Source: a virus
Lineage: Duplodnaviria; Caudoviricetes
IMG/VR virus record: IMGVR_UViG_3300020042_005156
Coordinates: 1-27,544 of that record
Length of the DNA: 27,544 bases
Direction: 5' to 3' (one strand)
The translations under genes and the position numbers were made by a program. Of the stretch, positions 23,393-27,544 are shown piece after piece; positions within the stretch are counted from its first letter, which is position 1; each line of letters opens with the position of its first letter. The notes below the pieces were generated by a model. That model ran no database searches. It had not been told where the DNA came from and worked only from the letters and a program-made list of their open reading frames with translations.

Positions 23393-23704
23393 ATGGTTGA
23401 AATTGATCTTGGTGTCATCCACCATTTTTCGGCGGGAGTGTACGCAAAGCAGATGCTGTTGCCAGCAAAACACTTTGCGGTAAGCCACTCGCACGCCTAT
23501 GACCACTTGAGCATTTTGGCAAAGGGCAGCGTGACGGTTGAGGTGCAAGGAGTCGAGAAGGATTACATGGCCCCGGCCTGTATCACCATCCTGGCTGGCC
23601 AGCATCACACCATCACAGCACACGAAGACAGTGTTTGGTTTTGTATTCACGCAACTGACGAAACAGATCCAGCCAATGTGGACGAAGTTTTAATAAGGGG
23701 ATAA
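23393..23704 (+). CDS. Cupin-fold protein (103 aa)
   Basis: HHFSAGVYAKQM, HSHAYDHLSILAKG, GQHH and WFCIH His-rich cupin metal motifs. Confidence 0.8.
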   Translation: MVEIDLGVIHHFSAGVYAKQMLLPAKHFAVSHSHAYDHLSILAKGSVTVEVQGVEKDYMAPACITILAGQHHTITAHEDSVWFCIHATDETDPANVDEVLIRG

Positions 23705-23706
23705 AC

Positions 23707-24156
23707 ATGCCTTTTTATATTGCAGCGGCCATCATTGGCAGCACCGCATACACCGCCAACCAAGCTCGCAAGTCACGCCAGCAGGCTGAGAACGATCAGC
23801 GCACCATGCTGGCGCAGCAGCAATCTGACCAGGCTGCCATGCGGCTTGAGCTGGGCAAGCAAACCGCCGAGTACGCCAAGCAGGGTGCCTCACTTGAGCA
23901 GCAGGCCCAGACCGCTCGGCAGCAGTTTGAGCAGTCTCAATTGCAATACAAGGCCAACAAGCTGGAAATGGAGCAGAAGTCGAAGGAAGTGCAAGCAGCC
24001 GCTGATGAAGAGCGCCGCAAAGCTGCTGCCGCCGAGGCCTCTGCCCTCAGAGCTCGCACCCGTGGTGGTCGCCGGTCGCTGCTGTCGGGTGAGCGCATGG
24101 ATGCCGAGCTCGGCGTTATGGCTGACCTCAACAGTCCTGGCATGAGGTTGCAGTAA
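23707..24156 (+). CDS. Hypothetical coiled-coil virion-associated protein (149 aa)
   Basis: Hydrophobic N-terminus, Gln/Ala coiled coil, GRRSLLS motif seen in podovirus pre-portal proteins. Confidence 0.7.
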   Translation: MPFYIAAAIIGSTAYTANQARKSRQQAENDQRTMLAQQQSDQAAMRLELGKQTAEYAKQGASLEQQAQTARQQFEQSQLQYKANKLEMEQKSKEVQAAADEERRKAAAAEASALRARTRGGRRSLLSGERMDAELGVMADLNSPGMRLQ

Positions 24157-24893
24157 TGGCTACGCTACCCCAGTTCAAGCAGCGCCAGATCGCCCGGCGC
24201 AGCACATCCGACATTGAGCGGCTGGCCCAGCAGTACCAAAGCAATGTTAATGCGATTGCCGGTGAATATCAGACCGCATTTACCGGCTACCAAGCCGCCG
24301 CTGCTGCAAAGATGAAGCCGTTTGAAGAGGCCTCTTTAAAGTACGGGCAAGACTTGGCCGACTACACCGCCAATGTGGCGGCACCATACAAGTCGGCGCT
24401 TGAGGAGTACCAAAAGAACAGCGAAAAATACCTGACTGAAATGGGTGAAATTTCTTCTGGGGCAAGAGACAAGGAAGCAAAACTTCAGCAGTACACCTAC
24501 AAGAAAGGTGGCCAAACAATTCAAGGCTACAGATTCACCGACCCATTTACTGGGTCTGCTATTGAATACAGCCAAGACTTGTTAAAAAATCCTAAGAAAT
24601 ACGGCTTTTCATCTGTTCTGACTCCAGTGGAAAGCGGCAAGCGTGGGACAAACATATACACATTCAGGCCGCTGCCGACATCCGCAGAACCGGTTACCCC
24701 GGACAAGCCTGCTGATTTTGCTGGTGTGCAGCCAGAAGCGCCAGACATTGGCGAATTTGACGAAGGCGAGTTTGGCACCAAGCGTGCCGCAGCCGAAACC
24801 ACATTTAAACGAGAAGTAGGTGAGCGCCGTGCCGCCAAGCTGGGGGCCGTATCTCGCAAGATGACCCGACCAATGTTAAGAGGAGCTGAATGA
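24156..24893 (+). CDS. Hypothetical protein (245 aa), probably virion-associated
   Basis: TAATG coupling; long ORF in the head operon. Confidence 0.7.
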   Translation: MATLPQFKQRQIARRSTSDIERLAQQYQSNVNAIAGEYQTAFTGYQAAAAAKMKPFEEASLKYGQDLADYTANVAAPYKSALEEYQKNSEKYLTEMGEISSGARDKEAKLQQYTYKKGGQTIQGYRFTDPFTGSAIEYSQDLLKNPKKYGFSSVLTPVESGKRGTNIYTFRPLPTSAEPVTPDKPADFAGVQPEAPDIGEFDEGEFGTKRAAAETTFKREVGERRAAKLGAVSRKMTRPMLRGAE

Positions 24894-25054
24894 TGCCTGG
24901 ACACTATGACGATAAATCAAGCAAGATGAAAAACAAGGTCGCCAAGACCATGCGTGAGTACAAGGCTGGCAAGCTCAAGAGCTCCAGCGGCGACAAGGTC
25001 ACCAACCCCAAGCAGGCAGTGGCCATTGCCATGTCGAAAGCTGAAAAGAAATGA
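24893..25054 (+). CDS. Small Lys-rich protein (53 aa), DUF6496-like
   Basis: AGGAG RBS; KVAKTMREYKAGKLKSSSGDKVTNPKQAVAIAMS; translated by hand. Confidence 0.75.
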   Translation: MPGHYDDKSSKMKNKVAKTMREYKAGKLKSSSGDKVTNPKQAVAIAMSKAEKK

Positions 25055-25209
25055 AAGAAGTCTGGGACAAGCCCCGGCCAAAGGATCTTGGCAAGCCAAA
25101 AGAGATGTCTTCCGCTGAGAAGCGAATGGCCATGCGCCGCGCTGCCAAGGCAGGCCGACCCTACCCCAACCTGATCGACAACATGGCCGCATCGAAAGAC
25201 AAAAAATGA
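25051..25209 (+). CDS. Small basic protein (52 aa)
   Basis: ATGA overlaps; MKEVWDKPRPK...AAKAGRPYPNLIDNM. Confidence 0.7.
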   Translation: MKEVWDKPRPKDLGKPKEMSSAEKRMAMRRAAKAGRPYPNLIDNMAASKDKK

Positions 25210-25385
25210 AAGTCGAAATTGAAATTGAAAGCGAGATGGAGGACAAGGTGGAGCTGTCCAAGCTGCCGCCTGCCCTGCGCAAGAAAATTGAAAAATACAT
25301 GTCGGCCAAGAAGCCAGAAAAGCCAATGAAGGGCATCAAGCAAATGATGCAGGAGGCCAAGCTGGAAGAGGACGAGGACGATTAA
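25206..25385 (+). CDS. Small highly charged protein (59 aa)
   Basis: ATGA and TAATG coupling; MKVEIEIESE...LEEDEDD. Confidence 0.65.
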   Translation: MKVEIEIESEMEDKVELSKLPPALRKKIEKYMSAKKPEKPMKGIKQMMQEAKLEEDEDD

Positions 25386-25708
25386 TGGCTGGGCTGCGCG
25401 ACCCAAAGGGTGGTCTTACCGAAGAGGGCAGACGCAAGTTTGAAGCCTCTGGCGAGAGCAAGAACTTGCAGCCTGGGGTCAAGGAAAAGAACCCCACCGG
25501 CCAGGCGCTGCGCCGCAAGGGATCTTTCTTGACACGGTTTTACACCAACCCGAGTGGGCCCATGGTGGGCGAGAACGGCAAGCCGACCCGGCTGGCGCTG
25601 GCGGCAAATGCATGGGGCGAGCCCGTGCCCCGCACCGCAGCATCCGCAGCGAGGCTGGCCGCGAAGGGTCGCAACTTGCTTGAGAAGTACGAATTGCAAA
25701 AGGATTGA
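25385..25708 (+). CDS. Basic hypothetical protein (107 aa), DUF6321-like
   Basis: DPKGGLTEEGRRKF...NLQPGV...RRKGSFLTRF...PTRLALA..AW. Confidence 0.75.
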   Translation: MAGLRDPKGGLTEEGRRKFEASGESKNLQPGVKEKNPTGQALRRKGSFLTRFYTNPSGPMVGENGKPTRLALAANAWGEPVPRTAASAARLAAKGRNLLEKYELQKD

Positions 25709-25709
25709 T

Positions 25710-27323
25710 ATGGACTACGACAAGAGCGCTCCGGGCGGCATGCGCCTGACACCTGACCAGATTCTGAAGCGACAGGCTACGGCCCAAGCCAAGAAGGATG
25801 AGTTCCAGCAGCTCTATCAGGACGCATACGAGTTTGCCCTGCCCCAGCGCCAGCTCTATGGCGTGTGGGAGGGCGGCGCTACCGGCTCCAAGAAGATGCA
25901 GCGCGTGTTCGACTCGACTGCTATCAACTCTACCCAGCGCTTTGCCAACCGCTTGCAGTCTGTGGTGTTCCCGCCCCAGCGCAAATGGGCCAAGCTGGAG
26001 GCTGGCTCAGACATCCCGCCAGAGCGCAGGCAGCAGGCCCAGGCCGTGCTTGAGGTCTATCAGGAAAAGATGTTCACCATGCTGAACCAATCCAACTTTG
26101 ACATCGCCATGGGTGAGTTCTTGCTGGATCTGGCCGTGGGCACCGCCTGCATGATGGTGCAGCCTGGTGATGATGTGTCCCCGCTCAACTTCATTCCCGT
26201 GCCGCTGTTTTTGGTGAGCTACGAGGAGGGTGCCAATGGCCAGGTGGACAATGTCTACCGCCGCATGCGCATGAAGGGTGAGTCTATTCAGCGCCAGTGG
26301 CCAGATGCCAAGATCCAAGATGACTTGGCCCGGCGTATTGAGCAAAAGCCAACCGATGACATCGAGTTGCTTGAGGCCACCATCTATGACTACAAGCGTG
26401 GCGACTATTGCTACCATGTGATCGACAAGGCCTCAAAGCAGGAGCTGGTCTACCGCCGCCGCAAGATGAGCCCGTGGGTGATCAGCCGGTACATGAAGGT
26501 GGCCGGTGAGATCTATGGCCGTGGGCCGCTGATGACTGCCCTGCCAGACATCAAGACGCTGAACAAGGTCAAGGAGCTGCTGCTCAAGAACGCATCATTG
26601 GCCGTGGCCGGTGTATATACAGCAGCGGATGACGGAGTGCTCAACCCCAATACGGTCAAGATCGTGCCGGGTGCCATCATTCCGGTGGCCAGGAATGGCG
26701 GCACGCAAGGCCCAGCCCTGCTCGCCCTGCCCCGCTCTGGCGACTTCAACATCAGCCAGTTGGTGATCAACGATCTGTCGGGAAGCATCAAGCGCATCCT
26801 GCTGGATGAGTCGCTGCCGCCCGACAACATGAGCGCCCGGTCGGCCACCGAGATCGTGGAGCGCATGAAAGAGCTGGCCCAGAACCTTGGCTCTGCCTTT
26901 GGCCGACTGATCAACGAGACCATGATTCCGGTCACCGCCAAGATCTTGGAGGTTATGGATGAGCGCGGCCTGATCGACATGCCCCTGCGCGTCAACGGGC
27001 TGGAGGTCAAGGTCACGCCTGTCGCCCCGCTGGCCATGGCCCAGAACATGGAAGAGGTCAATTCGATCATGCAGTACATGCAGATCGCCCAGAGCTTGGG
27101 TACCGATGGCCAGCTTGTGATCAAGACCGATGTGTTGGTGGACTACCTGGCCGACAAGCTGGGCGTGCCTGCCTCTGTTCGCAACACCGCCGCCGAGCGT
27201 GCCGTGCTCATGGAAGAGATGCGCAACCAGCAGCAGCAGCAAGCCATTGGCCAAGCCATGGCCATGCAAGCCCAGGCCGGTGGCGGCATGCAAGCTCTGC
27301 CAGCCCCTGAAGGGGCAATGTAA
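25710..27323 (+). CDS. Portal (head-to-tail connector) protein, T7 gp8/BPP-1-like
   Basis: AAGGA RBS before ATG 25710; FDSTA, DLAVGTA, GEIYGRGP, ALPDIKTLN and RSATEIVER..E...LG..FGRL..E motifs. Confidence 0.93.
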   Translation: MDYDKSAPGGMRLTPDQILKRQATAQAKKDEFQQLYQDAYEFALPQRQLYGVWEGGATGSKKMQRVFDSTAINSTQRFANRLQSVVFPPQRKWAKLEAGSDIPPERRQQAQAVLEVYQEKMFTMLNQSNFDIAMGEFLLDLAVGTACMMVQPGDDVSPLNFIPVPLFLVSYEEGANGQVDNVYRRMRMKGESIQRQWPDAKIQDDLARRIEQKPTDDIELLEATIYDYKRGDYCYHVIDKASKQELVYRRRKMSPWVISRYMKVAGEIYGRGPLMTALPDIKTLNKVKELLLKNASLAVAGVYTAADDGVLNPNTVKIVPGAIIPVARNGGTQGPALLALPRSGDFNISQLVINDLSGSIKRILLDESLPPDNMSARSATEIVERMKELAQNLGSAFGRLINETMIPVTAKILEVMDERGLIDMPLRVNGLEVKVTPVAPLAMAQNMEEVNSIMQYMQIAQSLGTDGQLVIKTDVLVDYLADKLGVPASVRNTAAERAVLMEEMRNQQQQQAIGQAMAMQAQAGGGMQALPAPEGAM

Positions 27324-27544
27324 TGTCTTGGGATGAGTTGGATGCCATTGGCCAGCCCAGCGACATACGCGAGGTTGACCAAAAGCGCGAGGATCTGGTC
27401 AAGCTGACTCTGCGGGTGTTCGCGTCAGAGGATGGCCAGAAGCTGCTTGAGTGGCTCAAAGACATGTATGTGAATGTGCCCATCGCCGTACCGGGCACAG
27501 ATTCCTCGCACGCCTACTTTGCCGAAGGGCAGAGGTCGGTGGTG
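27323..27544 (+). CDS. Bbp19-like protein following the portal, 3'-truncated
   Basis: TAATG coupling; RVFASEDGQKLLEWL...AYFAEGQRSVV pattern; runs off the window end. Confidence 0.7.
   Translation, partial: MSWDELDAIGQPSDIREVDQKREDLVKLTLRVFASEDGQKLLEWLKDMYVNVPIAVPGTDSSHAYFAEGQRSVV

Noticed and set aside
25554-25709. Longer 589-aa portal start given in the ORF track
   Set aside because: The extension overlaps the 107-aa gene; ATG 25710 has an AAGGA RBS and follows the upstream stop.

Overview
The whole window is part of a tailed dsDNA phage genome with podovirus-type (T7/BPP-1-like) virion genes; no host genes, rRNA, tRNA or CRISPR are visible. In order it holds: three large internal-virion (ejected) proteins (1-7156); a tail fibre and small associated genes (7190-9970); a lysis module ending in a GH108 lysozyme (9967-11837); a leftward early operon with RecT-like annealase, YqaJ-like exonuclease and a small serine recombinase (11838-15409); a divergent control region with an Arc/RHH-like regulator; a rightward operon with RuvC-like resolvase, sigma70 region-4 protein, Zn-ribbon proteins, an HTH replication initiator containing a probable origin, an SSB-like protein, TerS, about seven small accessory genes and TerL; then a cupin, small head-associated proteins, the portal and the start of a Bbp19-like gene. 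No DNA or RNA polymerase lies in the window. The most interesting object is the 951-aa putative ejected protein (1422-4277). It appears to carry an EndoIII/HhH-GPD glycosylase-like domain with Lys/Asp at catalytic spacing, followed by a T3 SAM-lyase-like domain. A separate 57-aa gene with its own RBS is overprinted on its C-terminal tail. Together these suggest a virion-delivered anti-defence effector plus a possible cognate inhibitor. All family assignments are motif recognition by eye and from memory, not database searches.
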